Below are positions 42,948-57,803 of a stretch of DNA of 64,000 nucleotides, piece after piece. Position 1 is the stretch's first letter, and each line of letters starts with the position of its first letter. This DNA comes from Flaccisagitta enflata (taxonomy: Eukaryota). The notes beneath the pieces were generated by a model that did no database searches, had not been told where the DNA came from, and saw nothing but the letters and a program-made list of their open reading frames with translations. Where the stretch lies: NCBI GenBank assembly GCA_965153355.1, contig OZ231126.1, positions 33,170,001 through 33,234,000 of the forward strand, in the 5' to 3' direction. The position numbers and the translations under genes were made by a program.

Positions 42948-43268
42948 CAGGCCTGTATATTCTTGAGTTTTCCCCCCCCCGGGGGGGGGGGGAAAAAATC
43001 AAAGGGTCTGGAGATGGGGAAGGAAATGAAAGAGGGAAAAAAGAGAAAAAAAGGAAATTTGGGGAAAATTTAAGTTTTTACAGTACCAAATCATAAAACT
43101 CAATTAGTAAAACACAATTTAACACTATTTAAATCTTAACTACACAGTTTTATGGCTATATGGGGAAGAAAATCATAGATATAAAAACGCGACGCGACGC
43201 GTCGCGGGGAAGAAAATCAAAGGCAGGGGGGGAAGAAATCAAAAGCGACTCAAGAATATACACCCCTG
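42948..43268. mobile_element. hAT-type MITE
   Basis: Perfect 8-bp TSD ccttaaat (42940-42947, 43269-43276); TIR caggcctgtatattcttgagt / actcaagaatatacacccctg. Confidence 0.92.
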
Positions 43269-44398
43269 CCTTAAATTAAGAATTTTTTTAGTGGTTTAAG
43301 CAGATTTAAACATTTTAAATAATTGTGAAAAACAATGATATCTATAACTGCACAACAAATTTAAAGATTTTAAATTCATTTTTTTAAATTTAAAAAAAAA
43401 CTGAAGCTCTCCGATATTCTTAGCATATAAAATCATTTAAGATAACAAGCATAACATTATTATAAACTTGGTTCTTATAAAAAAAAAGTAAGGGTAAAAT
43501 TCTTGACAACTTTCCTTCTTTAAGCCCTCATTTGCCATTAGGTAACATTCACATCTGATTTTGGCCATCCAAGCCTAGGAGGTTTTAAATCTGCCCAACA
43601 ACCCTCCAGGCCAAACCCCAAATCTGCCCCTAAAACTACAAACCCGCCTTTCAATCTTCAAATTGGCCTCTCAGGTCTTTGGGCCAAAATTCTAATCCCC
43701 TCACCCACTTTCAATAACACTAATCATTTAAGCCTAAAATATACCTCTTGAAGATATCTGCAAAATAACCCTTACCAGTGCCTTACTTCACTCCTTCAAT
43801 TGATCATTTCAAACCAGGTATCGGGTACCAATGACCATGTGCGATTCTTGGACGACTTACATTTATACATAGTGTATTTGAATTCTCTCACCACTCCCTT
43901 ACTTTCTCAAAGCCACTATATTGCTAATTATAGCTATCCCAAAGGTATGTTGGTCTGTCCATTTATCAGTAACAAACAGACTGGATTTCTTTCTGCCAGG
44001 CTGGATATTGAAAGGTGGTTGACCACAGAAACCTATGATTGTATGATTAGCAAAGTTTTGCGACCGTCTGAAAAGCCCCTGATAAGGTCGCTGCATCTGC
44101 TGGTCTCAGTCTGTATGTCTGTCTATGTCTCTCTCTGTGAATAAGTCTCTTTCTGAAACTGATAGACAAAATAATGAAACAATAGCACAACTAATTTTAT
44201 TTGAGCACAGAAAGCAAAATACGGCTTTGCAATAAGAAAGATTTGCGCAAAATAAGATCATTCCTTTGAATCATCATTACAAGCACTAGAAGCAGAACTA
44301 GAACTATCACTCGTAACCGCATGGAGAATACAGTGGAAATGCTGAACAAAAGTTTTCCTAAATTTTCGAAATCAGAAAGGGGAAAAGCGAGACAGGTA

Positions 44399-46281
<1,883 letters not shown>

Positions 46282-46457
46282 TACTGTAACAGGTGGTCAA
46301 ACAAGGCCGGATACACGGCTACCCCAGTCGCGTGCGGGTGGGCAGGGGCCATATTTGAGGTCACTTCATCATTTGTGCAGGAGCAGTGAGGCCAAAGACG
46401 CAAAAACCCAAAAAAAGTAAAGTGTGACGGACCGACGGATGGACCGATGGACCAACG

Positions 46458-47406
46458 CACTGTGGGCTGCATTGTGCGCTAGGTGCCTCATTGAGGATTA
46501 ACATCACATCTTTTCCATTACATTGTTCCTTATGAAATATACAGAGTGAAAACATTTTTCTGCATATTTTTAGATGTTATGAAACTATTTATTTCCAATA
46601 TTGACTCATTTCTATTGGATTAAGAGCTTAGAGTCCAAAAGAAGAGAAATTTGGGAAAATAAAGTGAAAAATACTGCTAAACTATCTTACAGTTGGTATT
46701 TAAATTGTTTAATGTTTTGACCAAATCAATCAAATTTTTATCTTAGTTCAATAAGATTCCTTAATGAGGTGTTAAAAAAGAATCATTTTTTTGCTCATTT
46801 AACTCATTTTGCTCATTTTTCTTCCAATCAAATATAGATTTTTACTTTTATCCACATTATTACATATCCATTTTAGGCCAAGAAAATCGCAATTTGGACG
46901 TCGAAGGCCCACTTGAGCCATAGCATTCTGGATTCAGGACCCCTTGAACTACATTTTGGCATAAGTGGCTCATTGTGCGTCCTTGTGCGATTTTCTATAT
47001 TTATAGGGTAATAAAAGCATGCAAATTAGGTCATATACATAGTAATAGTAGACTAATTTAATAATGCTAGAAATGTAAAAAATAATGATTTTTTAAATTT
47101 TTCTAGACATTTAAACATTAATGAAGGAATCCAATCCAATATTGAAGATATCATGAGCTTTTTGTATTCTTAACAGATAATTAAAAAAAATCATTGATAT
47201 TTCTTGAAATTTAGCATTTTTCGTAGTAATGTCCATTTAGGTCACCTTTTTTCACTCTAAATCACCATAAAACCTGTCTTATGGACCGGTAATGTATGCT
47301 CAAATGCTACCATGACCATTCTACTTAGTTTGAGCCAGATAGCAGAGATGAAAATTTTCACCTAAATACCCAAGGAGCCATCTAGCGCAGTCCGTGGCCC
47401 TTAGTG
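46458..47406. mobile_element. Transib-like non-autonomous element inserted in a HINE-A microsatellite
   Basis: 5-bp TSD caacg (46453-46457, 47407-47411); ends cactgtgggc...tgcgctag / ctagcgca...gcccttagtg. Confidence 0.8.
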
Positions 47407-47999
47407 CAACGGACCAACGAACCAACAAAGCGGGGTGTAGCACGCGACTAAAAAAGTCACTTTTTTATTTTCTGATAACTTGTGTAAAAATCAGACTAGG
47501 TTAAAATTTTTCACTAAGATTATGTTATGTAAAAGAATTTATTGTATTATTATAATTTTTATCTTTTATTGATTTTTAGATGTTTATAAAACTTTTATTT
47601 GCATGTTAGTCCATAATATTTTCATAAAAATTTTTAAATATTTTATAAAAATGTTTTTTATAAATACACACACTATGATAATTAGTACATCAAAAACTAT
47701 GAAAGAAATTATTGAAGATTTCAATAATGTAAAAATATAACTCAGAAGAAAATAAAACTCCAAAACACCATATTTTTCAAAGTCAAATCATATAATTTCA
47801 TGAAAGCTAATAAAAACTGGTAAATATTCAAGCAAAACTTTATCTACTTTTATAACTTTTTATTGATACTCGCAAATATTTAGTTTTTTATTAAATCATT
47901 TCAAACAAACATTTATAATATTTTCTTATCTCACAATTGGGTGTGCTAATATATAAAACTTCAATTTATGAAAACATCCTGCTAATATAAGGTTACTTA

Positions 48000-48156
48000 A
48001 GGTGTGTCTGCATTAATCAGCTTTTTCGGATATTTTATTTGAATATTAATATCCGGATATTTCATGTAGTAAATTTTGTAAATTCACTATGTAGAATATC
48101 CGGATATTGATATCCAGATAAATTATCCAAATAATATGGTGAATGCAGACGCACCC
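48000..48156. mobile_element. PIF/Harbinger-like MITE
   Basis: TTA on both sides; aggtgtgtctgcatt / aatgcagacgcaccc; internal atatccggatat palindromes. Confidence 0.72.
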
Positions 48157-51100
48157 TTACTAATTTAAAGGCCTTCACCGGTTTTTTTTTTTGTTTTTTT
48201 TTAATTTTAGTTATCTACTGTTTTTTTTTTTCATACTCCAGTTTTGCCCTTTATTTGCATATCGCTGATTTGATAATATCAACTTAAGATCACTGTTTAC
48301 TAAAAGTGTTACTAAAAATTCAGTAAGTAAAAATCAGATATTTTAAAAAAAAAAAATTTCTAACTGAAAATCAAATATTTATTTAAAAAATTTTTTTTTC
48401 AACAATACAAAAATTTTGAACTTATTAAAAAAATCTAGGTTGTTGCTTTTTTTTTTGACCACCCATTATTTATAGGGGAAAGAGCCTTTTGGGGACTGGA
48501 GAGAGATAGATCTTATAGACGATGGGACTGACAATGCGGGGAGGAGTTGCATAGCGCGCGACTAAATATTGAGAAGTCATACCCAATCACTTGACCATTT
48601 CCCCACATAGTTAATGACCGTTAACGGCCATCAAATCACAGCTGCGATTGTCCAATTTTAACATTCAGAGCCAACAACGCCCTGGATAAAACATTTTATT
48701 CTTGAGCCATGGTAGCCTTGTTGCTGCTGTTGCTGTGTGATGCGAGTCTTGTTTTCGATACCGCTGTTGTCCTCCCGACCGAAAGAAATGGTCAAACGGC
48801 GACATCGTCATTGTCCTATTTCATTGAGCTCGATCCATATCTGAGGAAAGAAAATAGGGGTATATAATTGAGTTGCTTTTGATCCCACCCCCCGCCTTTG
48901 ATTTTCTTCCCTGCGACACGTCTGACAGATGGACAGATGAAAAAAGCGTTTTCATGTCCGCAACTAAGAATAACAAGGCCGGATACATGGCTGCCCCAGT
49001 CGCGTGCGAGTGGGCAGGGGCCGTATTTGAGGTCACTTCATCATTTTGGCAGGAGCAGTGAGGCTAAAGAATGCAAAAACCAAAAAAAAGTAAAGTGTGA
49101 CGGACCGACAAAGCAAGGTGTAGAGTCGCGTAGCACGCGACTAAAAATCAATGTGTTAACAAAGTTGTTCTATCTTTAATCGCTACTATTTGCAAAAACC
49201 AATTGTAGGGCAGCGGCCCAGCAAAAGGAAAAGGCTTAACTGCAATAATCACCGTCAAAATTCTCATACATGACTTAAAATGACTTGAAGAAAGAAAATT
49301 GATAAAAAAAGTAAAAGTGTGATGGACCAACTGAATGACCAACTGTCCAACCTATGGATGGACGGATGGACAAAGCAGGGTGTAGAATCGCGTGCACGCG
49401 ACTAAAAAGGGCATTTTTAGCACTTTTTGAGCATAAGATTGTTCATGCAGCTTAGAAACTCCTCAATATACCAAAAATGTGTAGCAATAGTTAGAATTTA
49501 CTTGTTTTTACCCTTCTTAAAAAAAATTTTAGGATATTTTAAAGAGTAAAGCTTAAGAATAGCCTAAAATATAGATTTTTTCAGCATTTTTAAGTCTAAA
49601 TTTTAAAAATAAATCTTGAAAAATCTTAGAAAGTGCCCTATGTGGAATCATAGGTCATTGGCCCCTCCGGGGCCGTTGCCCAAAAAGTAGATTTCAGGCT
49701 GGAGAGGGCAGATTTCAGGCTAGAGAGGGCCTGGGGGGAATGGACGGACAGACAAACGGTATGACAAACAACACCCCCTGTTCTTCAGGACTGCATCCCC
49801 TTTGGGGCCGCTGCCCCGCTTCCTCTCACTATTTCACCATCACGAAAAGTAGGGAAACAGGTATTACTGACCATATATTGCCCTTGGACAACCTGTTATC
49901 TGAGAGACAGATTTGGGGGCTGAAAGGTTTGATTTGAGGTCTGGAAGGCCTGATTTGGGGTCTGATAGGCCTGATTTGGGGTCTGATATGCCTAATTGAA
50001 GCTCTAGGAGGCCTGGTATTTGGCTTGGGGGGGGGGCGGACAGATGGACAGATGGATGGAAACCGGAGAAAATCATAAGTGGAATCATAGGTCATTGCAT
50101 TGGCCCCTACGGACCTCAGCCCAAAAAAGGCTACAGATTCAAAGACCAACAGACAGACATACAGACAGACAGACCAACAGATAGACTGACATACATATAA
50201 CGACTCCTATTGAGATGTGGGGGGCCAAGGAGGCATCTAAAGACGAAATCAGACTGTGGAAAAGGTGGTGGGAATATCGCTCCAAATTACCATGATATTG
50301 GGCATGTTTGACAAGTCACAACACAGTCATTTTTTTGCGGATTGGCAAAAAAATTGTGACAGTTTGAAAGAGGTTCAAAAATTCTTGAAAATGGGACCAA
50401 TCTGGCATTTCTAGCCTTATTCGTTTAAAAGTTTAAAATGGGAAAATTCAATGGCCTGTACCTCATGAAGGTAAACAAGGCCGGATGCACAGCCAATACC
50501 AGTCGCGGACGGGTGGGCAGGGGCGGTAATGCGCGTTTTCCCACTTTTCGACTCGATCACCACGGACCAACCCACCAACGGACGGACAAAGCCTCTTATA
50601 GAGTCGCTAGTCCGCGACTAAAAAGGTGATTATTTCAAAAAGCGCCCCTGGAATTTTTTTAAACTCATTTGCCATGGATCATACATGGGTTAGACCACCA
50701 GAAACTGTCATAAAAGTGGCAGTTCTCCTAGTTTAAAGTACACGGTGGAGATACAGAGCAGCTGCCCAACTGCTTGGCATGTCTATTTCATCCCTGCCCA
50801 TGCCCACCCGCACGAAATTTGAGTAGCCGTGTAACCGGCCTTGTCAATAACTAAATCAAATCAAATTTCCAATGAGCACTGTTAGCTGACAACGAAACAC
50901 GGCTGGTCAGCTGTGCCTGTAGCGATGCGGCCTCAGACCGAGGCAGCAGCGTCTGACCAAAGCTGCAGCGCAGTCTTGGTACGAGGATTGCTGGGTCAGA
51001 AAGTCACAAGTGCGGAGGTAGTCCGTCAGCGAATTTTGGGGTGTTCATGAACGGGAGATAAATACAATTTATCAGTATAATATGAATATTTAAAATTATA

Positions 51101-51214
51101 TAAAATGGATAATTGTTGAATAATTTTGATTATAAAAAATTGAAAAAAAAACCAGTCATAAATGTATTTTTTTTCGAATTCTTAAAAAAGATAAAAAATC
51201 TGAACAGTATCTGA

Positions 51215-52185
51215 ATCTGCAGAGAGGGGGGTTAAAGATCACCAATTCCATACAACCGCTATGACCAAAAGATCGCTAAACCTGTAAGTTCGCTAAAACT
51301 GCAAGTCTTTACATTTAGAGCCTCCATACAAAGTTTTATGCAAATCCGTTGAAAAATAGCAAAGTTATGCACATTTTTTACTTTCAGGCTGGTAAGGTGG
51401 TTAAGTGGTAGGCTGGTTTGGATAAATAGTGTGCATATGTTGAGTTCTTCCATTTAGAGACTCCATACCAAGTTTTAACCAAATTTGTTGAAAAATGTCC
51501 AATTTATGCAAGTTTTTCACTTTTGGGCCGGTAAGCTGGTTGGGTGGTAGGTCGGTTTGGCCGATTAGCATGCTCAAACATAAATCACATACATGTTTTG
51601 AGTACTTCCATTTAGAGACTTCATACCAAATTTCAACCAAATTGGTAGAAAAATGCCAAAGATATGCACATTTTTCACTTTTAGGCTAGTAGGCTGGTTT
51701 GACAGGATAAATAGTGTGCATATGTTGAGTTCTTCCATTTAGAGATTCCATACTAAGTTTTGACCAAATTAGTTGAAAAAGGACAAAGTTATGCAAGTTT
51801 TTCACTTTTTGGTTGGTAGGCTGGTTGGGTGGTAAGTCGGTATGGCCGGTTAGCATGCTCAAATGCATATAAATAACATACATATGTTGACTTCTTCCAT
51901 TTAGAGACTCCATACCAAATTTCAACCAAATTGGTTCAAAAATGCCAAAGTTATGCATAGTTTTCACTTTTAGGCCGGTAGGCTGGATGGGTAGGTTGGA
52001 TCACAAAAATCTTATAAGATGTAAAGCGCCTTACCCTAGTACTATTTCTCACCAAATATGAACTAAATCGGTCAAAGCATAAAAAAGTTATCCATTTTTT
52101 AAAATCCCTAACGACGACAACGACTACACCCACCCGCCTTGAATTATAGTCCGCGTCGGAATGATATTCTATTGCGTAAAAAAAA
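51215..52185 (-). repeat. Tandem array of alternating ~160/~127-bp units within a probable Helentron-type element
   Basis: ttccatttagagac recurs at about 51447, 51606, 51733 and 51895; ends in (GAC)n and an A-run. Confidence 0.75.
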
Positions 52186-52726
52186 AGCTAATAATAGAAT
52201 AAGTACAACATTCTTAATTCTAAAGCATTTTGAAGCTTTGATGTTTTTAAAAAATAAGTTTTGTAAAAACAAGGTTAACAAACCTTAGTCGCATGGTATT
52301 TAACGTAATAAAGGTAACCTAAAAGTAAAAATGAGACCGATTAACATAACGAGGTGTAAATAGAGTTTTCATCTAATTCCCATTAAAATTTTAACAATAT
52401 ATGTGCTAATAAGCGTACAAAAAGGTGTGCTAAAAATGTGCCTAACATATGCCTTTGCAGATACCAATTGATAAGTAAATATGGGCTATACAATATGCCA
52501 TGCCTTACAGTAGATCTTGTATATATTTGAAATAATGGGGGCAAGCACTGTAAAAAGACAAATGAAGCATGGGGAATGACATTTGGAGCATACACTAATC
52601 AAATGATGCTTAATTCCCTATGATAGCTGGTTGCCATGGAAATACATTTCCATGTATCCTCACTAAAATATGAATATTTTAAAAAATCTTTTAAAAGAAC
52701 ATTGCTTACAATCAAATTGACTACAA

Positions 52727-54133
52727 AAGTAGTTCCAGGTAAAATCATCAAAAAGTGAAAACCCTCAAAAAATAGAATTTGCTCTTTTTTAATATAAAGG
52801 TACCCCTTGGGAAGTCATTTAAGAATCCTAAATATTTTTGCGCTAGGAGCCATATTTTGGGTTTTTCGGGAATTTGAAATTTTGACCTCCAGGGGTATCC
52901 TCAAAACTTTAAACAGCCATATCACAGCTATTTTTAATCCCAACTACACGCTTTGTCGGTCGCTTGGTCGCTTGGTCCCCTTTTTACTTTTTCGGCGTTT
53001 TTAAGCTTTTTGAGCTCACAGCTCCTTCCCAAATGTCATTTTAAGTTATTTTAAATCATTCTAAATCATTTTAAAGTCATTTAAAGTCATATTAAGTCAT
53101 ATTAAATTATATTACGTTACTAAAGTCAAAAAGATCAATGTAGACATTAAAGTCATTTTAAGTAATTTCAGGTCACCTTTAGTCATCTAAACTCAATTTA
53201 AGTCATCTTAAGCTATTTCTGTCCCGCAGGCGACTCATAGGTGTTGGCCTTGTTTAATCTTAGTGTCAATCTTCTTGTATTAACTCAAAGAATCTGTTGG
53301 GAAAAAAATTTGAACTAAAGATAATCATTTTTGGGGTTTTTACCCCTAAAGGTAGTACCCCAGAGTACCCTTTTGAAAAAAAAATTTGAAAAATGTTCTT
53401 CTATGTTCGTGATTTCATATTTAGGAAAAAACAAGGCCGGATACACGGCAATCTAGTCGCGGACGGTTAGGCAGGAGCAGTGATGCAAAAACTGCTCGGA
53501 ATTTAAAAATGTAACGGACCTACCCACCGACCAACACGGCAAGGTGTTGAGTGGCGTGTCCGCGACTAAGAATATGGGAGCTCAAAATAAAGGTCAAAAA
53601 TAGGTAGTAGTGTCAATTTTTCATGATTTTCAGGATTTCAGCTTTTTTTTTAAATGGTTAAAAATTGGCCTTACCCTCCATTATTGACCCTATTTTTATA
53701 TATCAAGGAATTGAGCTCTCATATTTTTTATTTTAGAATATAAACTACAAACATTGAAGAATATTTTTCTACCTTTTTTAAAAAAATTTTTAGGTAATAA
53801 GTACCCCAGGGTATTACCCCTAGGGGTAATAAAAACAAAAATAATTATTTCTAGTTAAAATTTTTTCCCAATATATTTTTTTGGCTAATACAAGAAGATT
53901 GACCCCAAGATTGTACATTTATCACAAAAAATAGCTTAGATTTAGCTCTTTAAAGTTTTAAGGATACTATTCGAGGTTAAAATTTTAAACCCCTATTCAT
54001 CCAAAGTATAACTTTGAGCGCAAAAATATTTAGGGTTTTTGAATAACTCCTAAAGGGATACCTTTAAACCCAAAAAAGCAAATTCTATTTTTTGAGGGTT
54101 TTCACTTTTTGATGATTTCACCTGGAACCACCC
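52727..54133. mobile_element. Long-TIR element with 4-bp TSD (Sola2-like), containing two HINEs
   Basis: acaa at 52723-52726 and 54134-54137; TIR gttccaggtaaaatcatcaaaaagtgaaaaccctcaaaaaatagaatttgc matched at 54078-54128; right end reads GGG on the minus strand, left tip is mutated. Confidence 0.75.
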
Positions 54134-54318
54134 ACAACTTTGCCACAGTACGTTCTATAAGAATGTCGCTCATTTGGCCGTTGATAGGGAGTGTATCTAT
54201 GTGACAACCACTAGCAACCGCTTAACGATCAACATTCTTACAGAATATACTGTGGGAAAGTTGTAGCAAATCTAATGCTAAAAAATATTCCCTCAAAAAA
54301 TTTCTCAAAATATTGATA

Positions 54319-54867
54319 CTGTAGATGTAGTCTAAACTTGGGAATTCACTACACTTGGGAATTCACTACACTTGGGAATTCACACAAATATGCTTGAGAG
54401 ACTGAAATTTGGAATATAGGCTAAAAAAAGGATGATTTATTGCCTATGGGTGTTAGTTGCCATGGATACCCATTTCAATATATTCACGCTAAAATATCAA
54501 TATTTTGGAAATATTTTTGAGGGAACATCGTTTACAATAAAATTTGCTTTAACTTTCCCACAATATGTTTTACAAGAATATTGCTAGTTTTGCTGTTGCT
54601 AGGGAGTGTTTCTATTTGTGACAGCCCTGTGATGCTCTCTAGCAACCGCCAAACAAGCAATATTCTTACAGAACATATTATGGGAAAGTTGTAGCAGATT
54701 GTATTTTAAACAATGTTCCCTCAAAAAATTTTTTAAAATATTTATACTTAAGCATAAATGTGTTTCCATAGCAACCAACACCCACGGGCAGTAAAATATC
54801 CTTTTATTAGTTATTTGTCTTCCTGTGATAAATTCCCCATATTTTCAAGTCTAGATGACATCTACTG
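54319..54867. mobile_element. CAGTAGAT-family MITE inserted into a copy of its own family
   Basis: TA at 54317-54318 and 54868-54869; ctgtagatgtagtctaaacttg / caagtctagatgacatctactg. Confidence 0.82.
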
Positions 54868-56638
54868 TATCTTAGCGAGAATATGTAAAAATGTGTTTCT
54901 GTGACAACCAGGTATTATAAGCAACTGTGCATCCCTTTATTAATCTATGTTCCAAAGATCACTTCATTTGTTTTTCTACAATACTTATCCCTATTATGTC
55001 AAGTCTAGATGACATCTACTGTATTAAAATTATTTGCCTAGACACTTTTTATTCATGAATGATAAAAAATATCATTCATATATAAGTTTTTATTCTTCGT
55101 TCACGAACATCACAAAATTTGCTGACGGACTACCTGCGAATTCAAGATCGCGAGATACATGTATCTGTTAAAAAACAACACTTCCTGTCTTCACGTCTTC
55201 TTTAAAACCTTATCAATATCGGTATGTTGGATAGAAAAATGTTCGGTATGTTGGATAGAACAAGGCCGGATACACGGCAATACAGTCGCGGACGGATGGG
55301 CAGGAGCAGTAGTGCAAAAACCGCTTGAAATTCAAAAATGTTACGGGACGGACCGACTGACGCAGCAAGGTGTTGAGTCGCGTGTCCGCGACTAAAAATG
55401 TTTGGAAGTTAATATCACCTAGACTCACCCCTACCCCTAGAATGTACAGATATTGTGTTCTTTCTTTCTATCTCTCTTTCTCTCACCTTCCTCATTGCCG
55501 TTTGGTTTCGTCGATTGAGATTGAGAGTCCCGTTGCTTTAAAGCTCTTCTGACATGCTCCTCCGACATTGGGACACACCGTCCAGGAAGAAAACCTATAC
55601 ATGTCGTAATAGTCGCAAAAGCGTTAGATGGTCAGCGGTACCCGTTGCCCCTGTGTGAGTATATGCGGGTGTGTGATGGTAAGAGGGGCAGCGGCCCCGA
55701 AGGGGCCCATGACCTATGCTTAGTAAGTTTTGAAGCTCTAGGCTTGACTTTTAGCATCAACACTGGGATTTGAGCCTCGAGGCTTGAATTTGAGCATCAA
55801 TACTGGGCCTCGAGATGGGGATTTGGGCATCAATACTGGGCCTCGAGATGGGGATTTGGGCCTCAAAGCTGGGATTTGAGCCTCAGGGCCAAGATATGAG
55901 CTTCGAAGGGGGTGGACCAAGAAGGAGGAGGAGAAGGAGGAGAATTTTCTCCTGTGTGAAAGCATAGGTCATCGGCCCCTTCGGGGGGATTTGAGGGGTA
56001 CTACAACCGTACGGCACTAAAGTACCGGAATGACAAGAGGCACGATAACTCTGCCTGGCCCAGCGCTCCTCGCACCTTGGGTCGACAGCTTCTTACAATT
56101 ACAAGCTGCGCCAAAGCTTAGGTCTCATGCTGCTGCTGCTGCTTCGGTCTGAGGCCGCATCGCTACACCTGCCTTGCCCTCATCTTTATTTTCAGCTGGG
56201 CCTGATTAACCCTGCGCACTCCAATGAGCGAGCCCCCCCCCCCCATTGTCCCTCTCTCTAATTAGAGCGAGTATGACTAAAGCTATAACGAATATAAATG
56301 AGGGTAGCAGAGGTTGTAATGCAAGCTTTGTTTTTTTCAACTCTTTCATTGTGTACAAACCAACAGGTGGATGGAAGCTGTCCCAAATGAGAATCCGCCT
56401 TCTTTTTGATTTGGTTGTGGAAGCAGAAGATTGCTGCGTCCTTGTCAGTCATTGCTTTTAGGGTCTTCGAGACAACGCCAGACAGTTTAACCCCTGATTT
56501 AACAAGTAACACGAGGTTATAGTATTTTTGCAGACAGGTGGGCAGGGGTGCAAAACCCCACATACAAGCGCGGCATCACCAGTGTAAACTTCTCAGTTCA
56601 AGAGTTAGGGACGGGGAGAGAGAGAGATAAAGAGAGTG

Positions 56639-56673
<35 letters not shown>

Positions 56674-56678
56674 AAAAG

Positions 56679-56727
<49 letters not shown>

Positions 56728-57013
56728 GAGAAAGAGAGAGGATTTCTCGAAACTATTCAAGCCTGATCTTGATGAAGCCCGGGCGACTCTTTTGGCGCAT
56801 CACGATCCTTGCACGCAAGACGTAGGACCGTAAATAGGCAACTGAAAATGGATGAGGGGCGTGAAAAAGGAGGGCAAATAAAATTGCTGATAATGCAATG
56901 ATAATTATGATTGATATCATGGTATCTGGTAGATTTCTTTTCCCATTTGTGCTCATCCTGTCTGAACACGACTCCAATGTGGCGAGAAGGAAACTGATGC
57001 ATGCAGCGTCTGG

Positions 57014-57604
57014 TAACTCAAACCTACCCCTAAACTCGAACCTACCCCTAAACTCAAACCTACCCCTAAACTCAAACCTACCCCTAAACTCAAACCTACC
57101 CCTAAACTCAAACCTACCCCTAAACTCAAACCTACCCCTAAACTCAAACCTACCCCTAAACTCAAACCTACCCCTAAACTCGAACCTACCCCTAAACTCA
57201 AACCTACCCCTAAACTCAAACCTACCCCTAAACTCAAACCTACCCCTAAACTCAAACCTACCCCTAAACTCAAACCTACCCCTAAACTCAAACCTACCCC
57301 TAAACTCAAACCTACCCCTAAACTCAAACCTACCCCTAAACTCAAACCTACCCCTAAACTCAAACCTACCCCTAAACTCAAACCTACCCCTAAACTCAAA
57401 CCTACCCCTAAACTCAAACCTACCCCTAAACTCAAACCTACCCCTAAACTCAAACCTACCCCTAAACTCAAACCTACCCCTAAACTCAAACCTACCCCTA
57501 AACTCAAACCTACCCCTAAACTCAAACCTACCCCTAAACTCAAACCTACCCCTAAACTCAAACCTACCCCTAAACTCAAACCTACCCCTAAACTCAAACC
57601 TACT
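57014..57604. repeat. Near-perfect 18-bp minisatellite (TAAACTCAAACCTACCCC), about 33 copies
   Basis: Seen directly; a>g variants near 57038 and 57182. Confidence 0.99.
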
Positions 57605-57803
57605 TTTGAGACCATAAATGCCTTGCAAAGAAACAGCTAGGGTAAAAAAAGAATTAAATGAAGCCCTCTCTTAAAAGAAGTTCATGTCAGTAAGGTCCTC
57701 TTGTAAACTGAAATCACGCTCTCGTGCTCGCGCTTTCGCCCATACTCGCGCTCTCGCTCGTGCTCGCGCTTGTGCTTGAGCTCTCGCTCTCTCTTTCTCT
57801 CAC

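Larger units (their letters stand above)
41943..43494. mobile_element. TA-flanked CAC-poly(T)-ATAAGAAC MITE hosting three younger insertions; itself inside a decayed HINE-B (about 41918-43860)
   Basis: TA|cacttttt[HINE-B]ttttcttataagaac ... gttcttataaaaaaaaagtaaggg|TA. Confidence 0.65.
52508..55021. mobile_element. CAGTAGAT-family MITE expanded by nested insertions
   Basis: TA|cagtagatcttg ... gatgacatctactg|TA; removing 52727-54133 and 54319-54867 restores the 6540-7102 layout. Confidence 0.85.

Noticed and set aside
57014..57604. True telomere or interstitial telomeric array
   Set aside because: The unit is an 18-mer of variant hexamers, not tandem TTAGGG, and it is internal, with unique DNA on both sides.
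56753..57628. 291-aa (FEFRGR)n ORF resembling a repetitive neuropeptide precursor
   Set aside because: Produced by an 18-bp DNA array that is identical at synonymous positions; no signal peptide; open on both strands.
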